A stretch of DNA of 63,233 bases, filler included, from Octopus bimaculoides (taxonomy: Eukaryota): assembly GCF_001194135.2 (NCBI RefSeq). It is 4 parts of 3 records of this genome, joined end to end, with 100 filler letters (N's around TTAATTAATTAA, not from the genome) between each part and the next. Parts side by side here need not be neighbours in the genome. Positions count along the whole stretch, not along the records: positions 26,379 to 57,628 come from NC_069006.1; 3 more parts are not named here. One strand, 5' to 3'. Under the pieces are notes generated by a model. It ran no database searches, was not told the DNA's origin, and was given only the letters and a program-made list of their open reading frames with translations. Shown piece after piece: positions 38,931-51,395 of this stretch. The translations under genes and the position numbers were made by a program. Position 1 is the stretch's first letter; every line of letters starts with the position of its first letter.

Positions 38931-41632
38931 AAAGGTAAAAAATATATAGCCATATAGACACTTATCTGAGATAAAAACATACCTGGACTCGAACCGCCGG
39001 TCTCAATTTGCCGGGTAGTTACGCTACATTTCTGTTTTTTTTTTTTTTTTACGATACATCGTGTTTTCGCCCTCTTTTAGCTAAAATTGTGGAGGTGCAT
39101 GGCTTAGTGGTTACGGTGTTCGACTCATGACCGTAAGATTGTGGTTTCGAGTCCTAGACTGGGCGATGCATTGTGTTCTTGAGCAAAACACTTCATTTTA
39201 TGTTGCTCCAGTCCACTCAATGGACTAACCATAACATATATTCTACAATATTGTCATGTACAATATAGATATGGTGGAGACGCATGGCTTAGTGGTTAGG
39301 CTGTTGGACTCATGATCGTAAGATTGTGGTTTCGATTCTTGGACCTGGTAATCTATCGTGTTCTTAAACAAAACACTTCATTTCATGTTGCTCCAGTTCA
39401 TTCAGCTGGTATAAGACGAGTAATCCTGTGACGGACTGACGTCCGATCCAGGTGGGAATATATGCGGTAGATAAACCAGAAAACCAGCCCTATGCTCCTT
39501 ATGGAGTGATATAGACTAAGCTTTAGCTAAAATCTGATTGTTCAATTTCCAAGAGCATGGATATTTTGCAGATATTTCGTCCAGCCATCTAGTGTCAGCG
39601 GGCCAGGCTACTTCATCTGTGCCTTTCCAATTTCGGTTTTGTGCTCATTTAGTGCGTATTGAAGAAAGATTAAAAAATTGAACCCCACCCCACCCCCACC
39701 CCCCAAAAAACTTAATATATTATAGGCGTGTGTGGTAAGAGGTTTGTTTTCCAATGACATGGTTCTGGGTTCAAGTCTATTGTGTGGTATATAAGGCAAG
39801 TGTATTCAACTACAGAGTCGGTTCGATCAAAGCCTTATGAGTGGATTTGGTAGACGGAAACTGAAAGAGGCCCCTAGTATATATATATATATATGTGTGT
39901 GTGCGCGCGCGCGAGTGAGTGTGTGTTTGTGTGTGTGTGTGTGTGTGTGTCTGCTTCTGTTTGTGTTTACGACCACATAACTTAACGGTTCAGCAAAAAA
40001 ATCCGAGAGAATAAAGAACCTGGCTTTTTAATAAGATACCTACTGGGTTCAATTCATTCCACTAAAAATTCTTCAAGCCGGTGCCCCAGTATGGCCACGG
40101 TCTAATGACCGATACAGCTAAAAGATACAAGATATTACATACAAAACGCCTTAATCATTAAATACAATGCACCCATCACATTCTTGGGTTTATTTCACAC
40201 TGAGGGCATAGAATAAATATGTTATCATTTGCTATGATGGGTATTAGTAAAAATAGCCTCCTCTCCAAGTGACTGATGAACTGTTCATGAAATGTGTGAG
40301 ACACTACAGGAGATACAACCCATTTGCAATGACTATGAACACGCGCACATACACATACACACATACATGTATCTATATATGTCTGTATACACACACACAC
40401 ATATATATATATTTAGATATATAAAAGCATATATATATATATATATATATATATANNNNNNNNNNNNNNNNNNNNNNNNNNNNNNNNNNNNNNNNNNNNN
40501 NNNNNNNNNNNNNNNNNNNNNNNNNNNNNNNNNNNNNNNNNNNNNNNNNNNNNNNNNNNNNNNNNNNNNNNNNNNNNNNNNNNNNNNNNNNNNNNNNNNN
40601 NNNNNNNNNNNNNNNNNNNNNNNNNNNNNNNNNNNNNNNNNNNNNNNNNNNNNNNNNNNNNNNNNNNNNNNNNNNNNNNNNNNNNNNNNNNNNNNNNNNN
40701 NNNNNNNNNNNNNNNNNNNNNNNNNNNNNNNNNNNNNNNNNNNNNNNNNNNNNNNNNNNNNNNNNNNNNNNNNNNNNNNNNNNNNNNNNNNNNNNNNNNN
40801 NNNNNNNNNNNNNNNNNNNNNNNNNNNNNNNNNNNNNNNNNNNNNNNNNNNNNNNNNNNNNNNNNNNNNNNNNNNNNNNNNNNNNNNNNNNNNNNNNNNN
40901 NNNNNNNNNNNNNNNNNNNNNNNNNNNNNNNNNNNNNNNNNNNNNNNNNNNNNNNNNNNNNNNNNNNNNNNNNNNNNNNNNNNNNNNNNNNNNNNNNNNN
41001 NNNNNNNNNNNNNNNNNNNNNNNNNNNNNNNNNNNNNNNNNNNNNNNNNNNNNNNNNNNNNNNNNNNNNNNNNNNNNNNNNNNNNNNNNNNNNNNNNNNN
41101 NNNNNNNNNNNNNNNNNNNNNNNNNNNNNNNNNNNNNNNNNNNNNNNNNNNNNNNNNNNNNNNNNNNNNNNNNNNNNNNNNNNNNNNNNNNNNNNNNNNN
41201 NNNNNNNNNNNNNNNNNNNNNNNNNNNNNNNNNNNNNNNNNNNNNNNNNNNNNNNNNNNNNNNNNNNNNNNNNNNNNNNNNNNNNNNNNNNNNNNNNNNN
41301 NNNNNNNNNNNNNNNNNNNNNNNNNNNNNNNNNNNNNNNNNNNNNNNNNNNNNNNNNNNNNNNNNNNNNNNNNNNNNNNNNNNNNNNNNNNNNNNNNNNN
41401 NNNNNNNNNNNNNNNNNNNNNNNNNNNNNNNNNNNNNNNTATATAAAGTGTGTATGTTTCTATATGTCTATATGTATTTTTATATGTGTGTCTGTTTTTA
41501 TGGTTGTATGCATGCATGTGTTTAAACGTACGTGAGGCTTTCAAATTGTGTTGTTACTTCATTACATATATATCAGGATAATGGGTTCAATTCCGAAGTA
41601 AGCCACTTCCGGAGTTTTTTCTCTGCTGACCT

Positions 41633-41782
41633 TTAGATTTGTTCAGCTTTGGAAGGTCTTAATCCTTTCTTCATGTGGTAAGATATAATCCTGAAGAGGT
41701 GAGTCCAAGCTTCCTCCATTTCGTCCGACCACTGTGATTCCAGGTGAGGTTTAATGGCCATCATAAACTGAGGTCCCATTAA
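41633..41782 (-). CDS. Terminal coding exon of a globin (G7 to end of H helix), globin-X-like
   Basis: Minus strand reads polypyrimidine tract and acceptor (ttttctctttactttcgctgcAG), then 49 codons LMGPQFMMAIKPHLESQWSDEMEEAWTHLFRIISYHMKKGLRPSKAEQI and TAA. It fits the globin G/H helix pattern (xVGxxFxxAxKPxLxxxWxxExEEAWxxLFxxxxxxMxxG in globin X). The exon starts in phase 0 at residue G7, the canonical G7.0 intron. Confidence 0.88.
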   Translation of the reverse strand, partial: LMGPQFMMAIKPHLESQWSDEMEEAWTHLFRIISYHMKKGLRPSKAEQI

Positions 41783-42662
41783 CTGCAGCGAAAGTAAAGA
41801 GAAAATGGCGTTTAAATTGTTTTCATATATGCGCCTATATATATATATATATATAATCATAAATATACAGGGATTAGCATTGAGTTGCTTCTCCAACATA
41901 CTGAAAATTTAGAAATAGCAGTCAAAGAACTACTGATTCTAAACTACAAATTTTTCTCTAAACGGATGGCGATATTTATGNNNNNNNNNNNNNNNNNNNN
42001 NNNNNNNNNNNNNNNNNNNNNNNNNNNNNNNNNNNNNNNNNNNNNNNNNNNNNNNNNNNNNNNNNNNNNNNNNNNNNNNNNNNNNNNNNNNNNNNNNNNN
42101 NNNNNNNNNNNNNNNNNNNNNNNNNNNNNNNNNNNNNNNNNNNNNNNNNNNNNNNNNNNNNNNNNNNNNNNNNNNNNNNNNNNNNNNNNNNNNNNNNNNN
42201 NNNNNNNNNNNNNNNNNNNNNNNNNNNNNNNNNNNNNNNNNNNNNNNNNNNNNNNNNNNNNNNNNNNNNNNNNNNNNNNNNNNNNNNNNNNNNNNNNNNN
42301 NNNNNNNNNNNNNNNNNNNNNNNNNNNNNNNNNNNNNNNNNNNNNNNNNNNNNNNNNNNNNNNNNNNNNNNNNNNNNNNNNNNNNNNNNNNNNNNNNNNN
42401 NNNNNNNNNNNNNNNNNNNNNNNNNNNNNNNNNNNNNNNNNNNNNNNNNNNNNNNNNNNNNNNNNNNNNNNNNNNNNNNNNNNNNNNNNNNNNNNNNNNN
42501 NNNNNNNNNNNNNNNNNNNNNNNNNNNNNNNNNNNNNNNNNNNNNNNNNNNNNNNNNNNNNNNNNNNNNNNNNNNNNNNNNNNNNNNNNNNNNNNNNNNN
42601 NNNNNNNNNNNNNNNNNNNNNNNNNNNNNNNNNNNNNNNNNNNNNNNNNNNNNNNNNNNNNN

Positions 42663-42970
42663 GCTGAGCACTCCAGAGACACATGTACCCTTAACGTAAT
42701 TCTCGGGGATCTTCAGTGTGACACAGAGTGTGACACAGAGTGTGACAAGACTGACCCTTTGAATTACATACACAACAGAAACAGGAAGCAAGAGTGAGAG
42801 AAAGCTGTGGTGAAAGAGTACAGCAGGGTTCGCCACCATACCCTGTCGGAGCCTCGTGGAGCTTTAGGTGTTTTCGCTCAATAAACACTCACAACGCCCG
42901 GTCTGGGAATCGAAACCGCGATCCTATGACCGCGAGTCCGCTGCCCTAACCACTGGGCCATTGCACCTCC
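42663..42970 (-). mobile_element. Family B SINE with an internal 12-bp tandem duplication
   Basis: Nearly identical head to 16156-16533; gtgtgacacaga is repeated. Confidence 0.9.
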
Positions 42971-44450
42971 CAAAGAAAACTATAACCATCATTAAATATA
43001 CCTGAGAGTGTTAGAGACACTTACATTGCTAGAAATAAGAGCTAAACGCTCTAATGCTGCAGTCAATACACATAATTGTATACATACATACTAACAAGGA
43101 CCGTATACTATTTTATTGAAATCTATTTCATTTTTACTGAAATTTCTTTCGTTTTTCTGAAATCCCAAGCTATTTTACTGAAATTGCTTTTATTTTCACC
43201 GAAATTTCACTCCTTTTCATTGAAGTTAACTCTTGAGTCATTGGTTTGGCCATGTTTTAGGAAGGTCCTTAGAAATGAGAATAGTGAAATTCAAGTGGAA
43301 GACAAGAGATAAATAGGGAAGAAAGAAGGGAGACAAATAGAAAGTGAAAGAGAGAGAGAGAGAGAGAGAGAGAGGGGAGAGAGAGGCAGAATTATTGTTC
43401 AGGAGGGATTTCTAAAATCCCTTTAACACGAAAAAATCAGGATCCTTTATTTTTGGGTTCCTCGACTATTTAAAAAATATCTGATATAAAACAGACGAAA
43501 GAAGCATTCTAAGAGTACAGAAAGTGTGTCTTGGTTTTGCTGGACTTACCGAGATGTATTTCGGTTTGACTTGGTAGTCAATATGTNNNNNNNNNNNNNN
43601 NNNNNNNNNNNNNNNNNNNNNNNNNNNNNNNNNNNNNNNNNNNNNNNNNNNNNNNNNNNNNNNNNNNNNNNNNNNNNNNNNNNNNNNNNNNNNNNNNNNN
43701 NNNNNNNNNNNNNNNNNNNNNNNNNNNNNNNNNNNNNNNNNNNNNNNNNNNNNNNNNNNNNNNNNNNNNNNNNNNNNNNNNNNNNNNNNNNNNNNNNNNN
43801 NNNNNNNNNNNNNNNNNNNNNNNNNNNNNNNNNNNNNNNNNNNNNNNNNNNNNNNNNNNNNNNNNNNNNNNNNNNNNNNNNNNNNNNNNNNNNNNNNNNN
43901 NNNNNNNNNNNNNNNNNNNNNNNNNNNNNNNNNNNNNNNNNNNNNNNNNNNNNNNNNNNNNNNNNNNNNNNNNNNNNNNNNNNNNNNNNNNNNNNNNNNN
44001 NNNNNNNNNTTAAGGTTATCTCTACAGGTTTTCTATAGAATTATAGCCAGAATTGATTTGTTACGACGTTTCGTATCCGAATACCCCAATGAGGTGGAAG
44101 ACGGAGAAAATGGGTAATAGATGTATATGCATCAGGGACGTGTCGCCTAGGTAGGCAAGGTAAGCAGTGCCTACCTTGAATAAAATAGATTGATAGCAAC
44201 ATTTTCCTTTTATGGCAAAATATATACGTATTTCTATAAAATGATGAAAGTTACTCTGATTACAATGCATAAAATGCAAAATAATGGTTCGGCAAAAATG
44301 ACTGACAGAATAAATACCAGGCTTTAAAAAAAAATATAGGAGTCGATTCGTTCGAGTAAAAATTCTTCATGACTATATGTCCCAGCATGGCTATATGCCC
44401 CAGCATGGCCATAGACGAATGAGTCAAACAAGTAAAAGACATAAAATATA

Positions 44451-44514
44451 TCTTATATACTAAAACAGATTTTGTAGGTTGTAACACCCGGGAAACGCCG
44501 GGGTGCATTGCTAG
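44451..44514 (+). mobile_element. 64-bp minimal Helitron with both termini
   Basis: A|TCTTATATACTAAAA ... CCCGG-gaaacg-CCGGG hairpin (44487-44502) ... CTAG|T: 5' TC, subterminal hairpin, 3' CTAG, AT target and no TSD. Confidence 0.65.
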
Positions 44515-45546
44515 TACTATAATTAAAAGGGCTTTATTTTCTGTTGAAACTCAACAGGTATTTTCTGAAACATTTTGTTTACAAATTTAATTCGTTTCCT
44601 TTCTTGAAGGGAAAGAAAACCGAACTTCAATGCCTTTGAAGTTGAACCACTTCAATATTCCATTTAATTCGTCTAGTTTATTGCATGGCTGCTATGAACG
44701 GAGTGCCAACTATTAATTATCCGTTTTGTTGAAGATTTCTGATAATTGTGGCCAGTTTAATAGTACTTTAAGAAAATTGTACTTTGTTTTCATAACGCTT
44801 CCGAAATATTTATTTAATACGTCACTTTCTGTTGCTCTCTTTCCATAACGACATACAATCAGCCATTTTGAGTGGAAGCCAAGCTAAGCTTTTGCCATCA
44901 ATTCTCCTCTCCAAAGACGAAAACAGATTTATCAAATTACATCGGAATAAAAATCCTGCGTTTTCCAAGAGATAAACATATTTTATCATTTAAGATCCAC
45001 TTACTGTATTAGATAGAATGTATTAGGCGAAATTGTTTCAACGAAGTTTACAGATTATTGTCAATTTATTACAAACATGATACCGGGTTCTAAGTCAGAA
45101 GCGCTGTGACTTAAAAACATTAACCCGTTATGAGCATTTCATGAGAAATTTAACTCAGTCCCTATTCAGGGAGATTTTTATGACTGAAACATAAATCCAC
45201 TCTACCGTTGCATTAAGACGATAGAAATAAAAGCTGGCTCCGTATGTGAATCTTTACGCTTTGAATTCAATCTAAATAATAGCATCGATCCGATCGAGTA
45301 ATCGTTATACCAAAAAAATCTGAGTGTCAGACTAAATGCCTTGTGGGGGGCATTCGTTTCGGCTCTCTGCGTCGAGATCCGATTCCACCACCACCACCAC
45401 CACCACCACCGCCGCCGCCGGGGGCATTCGTTTCGCCACCACCGCCGGGGACATTTGTTTCGGCTCTCTCCGTCGAGTTCCGATTCCACCACAACCACCA
45501 CCAACAACAACACCACCACCACCACCACCACCATCGCCACCACCAC

Positions 45547-45581
<35 letters not shown>

Positions 45582-46389
45582 CCACCACCATCATTATCAT
45601 GTCCTCATCGTCATCATCATCATAATTATCATCATCGTCATCATCACCTCTCTTCCTCCTCCTCCTCTCCTTCCCCTCCCCTCCTTCTCCTCCTCCTTCT
45701 CTCTTCCTCCTCTGTCTGTTTGTCTGTCTGTCTGTCTGTATGTATGTATGTATATATGTATGTATGTGTGTATGTATGTATGCGTGTATGTATGTATTTA
45801 TGTATGTATGTATGTATGTATGTATGTATTTATGTATGTATTTAGGTATGTATGTATGTATGTATGTATAGAAAGAATGTCTACAGCGAGAAATTTTTTC
45901 CATGACAAATTACAGTGAATAATTTTCTTACGGGTTCGAATATGCCTCAGTCATATATATATATATTTATATATATATATATGGTGAGTGCATGTCTATA
46001 AATATATATGTCTGTGTGTGTGTGTGTACATACATACATACATATACACACACACATCTATTTATATACGCACACTCACTGGCACACGCACGCACGCACA
46101 CACACACAGATACAGACACCCACATTTGCGGGGCATGGTTGCTATTGAAACGGAGAGAACCTTGACGTTCAAGCAACTCTCTTAGCAACGATGCATCTAG
46201 ACCACAAGGACACTCGACAATTCTCAAGTAACCAAAGCTAACTTCATTTATCCCACTTCAGTAGGCTCGAGTATAACATTAAATTAGTTGTCCTCGACTT
46301 TTATCTAAAATTGTTAAGATGCACGAAATACGAAGAGAGTGAAGCTATTTCGGAGCATATGGTTACCGAAGCATGGTTGCTGTTGTTGC

Positions 46390-46456
<67 letters not shown>

Positions 46457-46571
46457 TTCTCTTTATCACGGGTATTTTTGGAGTTCCTGGAGTCTTGCTT
46501 GCATAGCGGGCTTATTACCTGCAGCCTACGGTACCATGCTATTCGTTCTTTTCAGCTCTCTAATACTTTCC

Positions 46572-46572
<1 letters not shown>
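46457..46572 (-). mobile_element. Second, shorter Dong-like 3' end between (TAA)n tracts
   Basis: RKVLES* followed by a different 3' UTR ending in (TAA)n at 46391-46456. Confidence 0.5.
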
Positions 46573-46632
<60 letters not shown>

Positions 46633-46805
46633 GCTTTTGCACAGCTTCTAACGCTGGAGATGTACTACAGTGTCAGCTGTTCACTACCAGCGAACTAAGG
46701 TAACACTTATTATTCGAGCACCTTCCGGAGTATTCGAGCGGTTACAAGCAGTGCTGTTTTCTCCAAGTGCTCCACCCTTATTGCAGCCCCCTATTTGTTC
46801 CACGT
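46633..46805 (-). mobile_element. 3' end of an R4/Dong-like retrotransposon with a (TAA)n tail
   Basis: AAIRVEHLEKTALLVTARILRKVLE* (stop 46710-46712), a 77-bp 3' UTR, then (TAA)20 at 46573-46632. Confidence 0.8.
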
Positions 46806-47109
46806 GGTTATCGAGATTTTTGCTCACTGTTCCCAGGAAATGATATGGAAAATTAAAGGGGTGAAGGAAAAGTATTACAAATCCAGCAGCTGTTTCTCGT
46901 GGCTCGGCTGTCCATACATAACATATGAGAGAAAGAGAAAGGCGAGCGGGCAGGAACGCTGTAGCTCCCCGAGAACCACGTCAAGCGTATGCATATCTCT
47001 GCAGTGCTCAGTCACTTGAACCTTAATTTCACAAGCAGGCTGTTCGGTTGATGGGATCAACTGGAACCCTCGACATCGTAACGGACAGAGTGCCAGTTAG
47101 TTAAGGGTC

Positions 47110-47640
47110 TATGTCTGTTGGTCTCCTTGCTTGCCTTCTCTCGACTGGTCCCACTTTCGATATCCTTAATTGCGCTGTGTACGTGTCTTCCATCTTCACT
47201 ACCAAAAACCATTTCCAGCATAAGTGTTGGGCTGGTTACATTTGCTTTGTCTTCTTAACATTTTCCTCGCACAGAACAGCAATGGACGTCGCATAGATAT
47301 ACCACAGAAGTCCTTCCACACATCAGCAAAATCTATGCGATTTCCATTGCTTGTGTTTTTTTATTTGTACTTCCTTGTTCTTCCTCTGTCTTTTCATAAA
47401 TCGTTCTTAATTATATTCGTCAGATTCAAATATGACCTGCGCTACGAACGTATAAATTTGTTGTTTGGGTTTTCTCACTATTTGAGCAATCGCCATGTGG
47501 AATCCGTATCCCTTAACAATCTTCCCAATTAGATCATTGGGTAAAGATTGATCGGCCATAACCTGTGCCATGAAGATGAGGCAAATTCCTCCCAGCTGTC
47601 AGTTTTGTCTCATTCTCGCTATAAAGTTTGCGTTCGTTTG
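47110..47640 (-). mobile_element. Highly degenerate RTE-like LINE C-terminal region
   Basis: Scattered frames IYTFVAQVIFESD, DVWKDFCGIS and WFLVVKMED...RRP resemble the RTE ORF2 tail; weak. Confidence 0.35.
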
Positions 47641-47974
47641 GATTTCATTATTAAATTTTCGGCGCCTATCTGTTGATGTATCTCCAATAGGTAAGAGGAA
47701 GTGATTTATCCTCGATATGAAAGAGGGTTATAGATAATAGATCTTCAGTGGAGAAAGAGAGAGAGAGAGAGGGGGGAGGGGGCGAGGGAGGATAGAAAGA
47801 TAGAAAGGAAAGAGAAAAGAGAAGGAATAAATGAAAGAATTGATAAAGAAACTAGGATTGCGACTGTTTACGAAGAAAACACATTAGAGAATAAATTTAT
47901 CTTTCTGGAGACAAAAAGGATACTTATTATTGAAGTGAGGCGAATCTACATTCGAGTATATCTATATATATATC

Positions 47975-48007
<33 letters not shown>

Positions 48008-49380
48008 ATGTGTGTGTGTGTGNNNNNNNNNNNNNNNNNNNNNNNNNNNNNNNNNNNNNNNNNNNNNNNNNNNNNNNNNNNNNNNNNNNNNNNNNNNNNN
48101 NNNNNNNNNNNNNNNNNNNNNNNNNNNNNNNNNNNNNNNNNNNNNNNNNNNNNNNNNNNNNNNNNNNNNNNNNNNNNNNNNNNNNNNNNNNNNNNNNNNN
48201 NNNNNNNNNNNNNNNNNNNNNNNNNNNNNNNNNNNNNNNNNNTATATATATATATATAAATGCATATACATATGTACGTGTGTTTGTGTGTGCGTATCTG
48301 TGTGTGTGTGTGTGTGTGTCTGTGTCTGTGTATGTGTATACAGAGGATTGTGATTACTTTGAGACAACCCTTTTTGATAATTGTAAATTGTTGATAACAT
48401 TATCCGTAATTACAATCACCGGATTCTATTCTGTCTGTCTGTCTGTCTGTCTGTCTGGTTATCTGTATGTATGTATGTATGTATGTATGTATGTGTGTTT
48501 GTGTATGTATGTATGTATGTACACACTTACATGCACGCACGCACACACACACACACACACGAACACACACCACACATGAATATATATATACATATATAAA
48601 TACATATATAAATACATACATATGTACGTATATATACACATACTTCATCCGTATAAATAGAAATACATATATACAAGAGTACATATATACACACTTACGT
48701 ACATACGTACACACATACATACATACATACATATATACATACATAATCTATGCCTGATTTATTTATGACGTTGAAGAAAACAGCTGGATTTAATAACATT
48801 TTTCACCGATATAGGGATGGAGTTTAGCCAAAGCAAATGTTCTTATTCAACAAGTTAACGGGGTAAAACAATTCCTGAAACCCTAAATTTGTGCGTAAAT
48901 GGTTTCTCTATCTTCCCAGTTCCATAAAAAGAGTGCTACGAATGCCTAAGTATTGATGAAAATATATCAGTCATAAGTTACTATAAAAAAGATAGATAGA
49001 GTTATCAAAAAAATATTATGCAAAATGCTGGCGTGGTTGTGTGGTAAGAAGCTTGATTCCCAGCNNNNNNNNNNNNNNNNNNNNNNNNNNNNNNNNNNNN
49101 NNNNNNNNNNNNNNNNNNNNNNNNNNNNNNNNNNNNNNNNNNNNNNNNNNNNNNNNNNNNNNNNNNNNNNNNNNNNNNNNNNNNNNNNNNNNNNNNNNNN
49201 NNNNNNNNNNNNNNNNNNNNNNNNNNNNNNNNNNNNNNNNNNNNNNNNNNNNNNNNNNNNNNNNNNNNNNNNNNNNNNNNNNNNNNNNNNNNNNNNNNNN
49301 NNNNNNNNNNNNNNNNNNNNNNNNNNNNNNNNNNNNNNNNNNNNNNNNNNNNNNNNNNNNNNNNNNNNNNNNNNNNNNNN

Positions 49381-49719
49381 ATCATAGGATCGCAGTTTCA
49401 ATTCCCAGACCGGGCGTTGTGAGTGCTTATTGAGCGAAAACACCTAAAGTTCCACGAGGCTCCGGCAGGGGATGGTGGCGAACCCTGCCGTACTCTTTCA
49501 CCACAACTTTCTCTCACTCTTACTTCCTGTTTCTGCTGTGCCTGTAATTCAAAGGGTCAGCCTTGTCACACTTTGTGTCACGCTGAATATCCCCGAGAAC
49601 TACGTTAAGGGTACACGTGTCTGTGGAGTGCTCAGCCACTTGCACGTTAATTTCACGAGCAGGCTGTTCCGTTGATCGGATCAACTGGAAACCTCGACGT
49701 CGTAAGCGACGGAGTGCCA
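49381..49719 (+). mobile_element. Family B SINE (head lost in a gap)
   Basis: Reverse-complement match to 16156-16533 from the B box to the tail, followed by (CAA)n. Confidence 0.9.
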
Positions 49720-49799
49720 ACAACAACAACAACAATACATTACATCACATTTTGAAGACTCTGCTTTCGTAATCTAAGAATAGCAGATAGGTAGAAAAT

Positions 49800-50430
49800 A
49801 TATGAACAAACGATTCAGCAAAACTATTACAATTTCCGGATGCAACCACAAATGTCGATTAAGTAACATTTCAGTAGAGGAAATAACATATGCAATCAGC
49901 AGCTGTTTAAAAATGTCACCGAGTACTATTTCTCCTTGCAACACGATGTTCTTGGAAACAATATACAATGCCATCTGCAGAAGAGACAGAGATGAATATA
50001 AACAACTCCTCTGCTATAGAATATATGTTGATACGCACATATCAGCACAAGGAATATTAGCGGATAAAAACTTCTACCCCAGTAGAAACCTAACAGACCA
50101 GCTGTAATTAGTTGGAACAGAAATACAAAGTCATGTCCATACAGTCACGTACAGAAGTTGTGCTGCAGATGTGGACATCTCTACTAATTTCAGCGGGAAA
50201 GAGAATATCTACGAACAACTGCTTCGAGACCTGCAACTCTTCTACTCTGATTATAAATTTACAATCATACTAATAACCATTGGTGCATTTGGTTATGTTA
50301 GTAAATATCTTTAAGTCACAATCTGGATAAGTTTGGATTTTCATGCAAAGAAAGAGATCGGTTAACACGAACTGTACAACCTGTGAGTGAAAGAGTAAAA
50401 ATATGCGAGATTTTCTTGAAGTTCGATGTG
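49800..50430 (+). mobile_element. RLE-type non-LTR retrotransposon C-terminus (zinc knuckle and endonuclease), degenerate
   Basis: HKCRL..VEEITYAISSCLKMS/YY..QHDVLG (CCHC-like), then SCAADVDIS...KENIYEQLLRDLQLFYSDYKFTIILITIGAFGYV. Confidence 0.7.
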
Positions 50431-50709
50431 TTACAAATACTGTTATTGTTATTAAAAAAAAACTGTATTGATGGATTTTTTCTTTTTGTAAGAAACTAGC
50501 TCTTCTTTTTTTTTTTTCCAAAAATGAATAGTAATAAAAGAAAGGAAGTAAATGGCCTAGCTGTATGGTAAGACGCTTCTTTACCAATTCCACGGCGTGG
50601 CACCTTGGGCAAATATCTTGTGAGACTGGCCCGTCGACTGGCCCTCTCCCCCAAAATTTCGGGCCTCGTGCCTAGAGAAGAAGCGTATATATACTGTGTA
50701 TATATATAT

Positions 50710-50740
<31 letters not shown>

Positions 50741-51139
50741 CGACGGGCTTCTTTCAGTTTCCGTCTACCAAATCCACTCACAAGGCTTTGGTTGGTTCGA
50801 GGCTATAGTAGACGACAATGGCTCAAGGTGCTACGTAGTGGGACTGAACTCAGAACCATGTGGCCGGGAAGCAAGCTTCTTACTACAAAGCCAAGTATGC
50901 GCCTAAAGAAAAAGATAGATAGAAAATTGAAAGTGTAACGCATACATGTATACATATTTGAGTGTGTTTATATATACACACACGCGTATCACTATACTGC
51001 TTTATTTGTACAGACACTAGTCATTAGTGCATTGTCTGATAAATATCGGATTAAATATTGCGACGCATGAAATGTCATTATTTTATTTCTAGAAATAAAT
51101 CTTTCAAAACTGATAATGTCTGTTAACATTTGAGATATC

Positions 51140-51245
51140 TGAATGTATGTATGTGTGTATGCACGTATGTATGTATGTATGTATGTATGTGTGTATGTAT
51201 GTATGTATGTATGTATGTATGTGTATGTATGTGTGTGTATGTATT

Positions 51246-51277
<32 letters not shown>

Positions 51278-51395
51278 TGTATGTATGCATGCATGTATGT
51301 GTATGTATGTATGTATGCGTGTGTGTGTATGTGTGTGTTTATGCATATGTGAATGTATGCATGTATGTATGTATGTATGTATGTATGTATGTATA
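51140..51395. repeat. Long imperfect (TATG)n microsatellite
   Basis: Direct reading; representative of dozens of (TA)n, (CA)n, (CT)n, (TACA)n, (GATA)n and (TAA)n tracts in the window. Confidence 0.95.

Noticed and set aside
37055-39035. Isolated tRNA-like B boxes (about 37098 plus, 38985 minus)
   Set aside because: No full cloverleaf; probably decayed SINE heads.
45202-45918. Poly-Pro and poly-His ORFs
   Set aside because: Products of (CCA)n, (CAT)n and (TATG)n repeats.
47224-47532. ORF with a signal-peptide-like N-terminus
   Set aside because: It starts at GTG, not ATG, and overlaps a probable antisense LINE relic.
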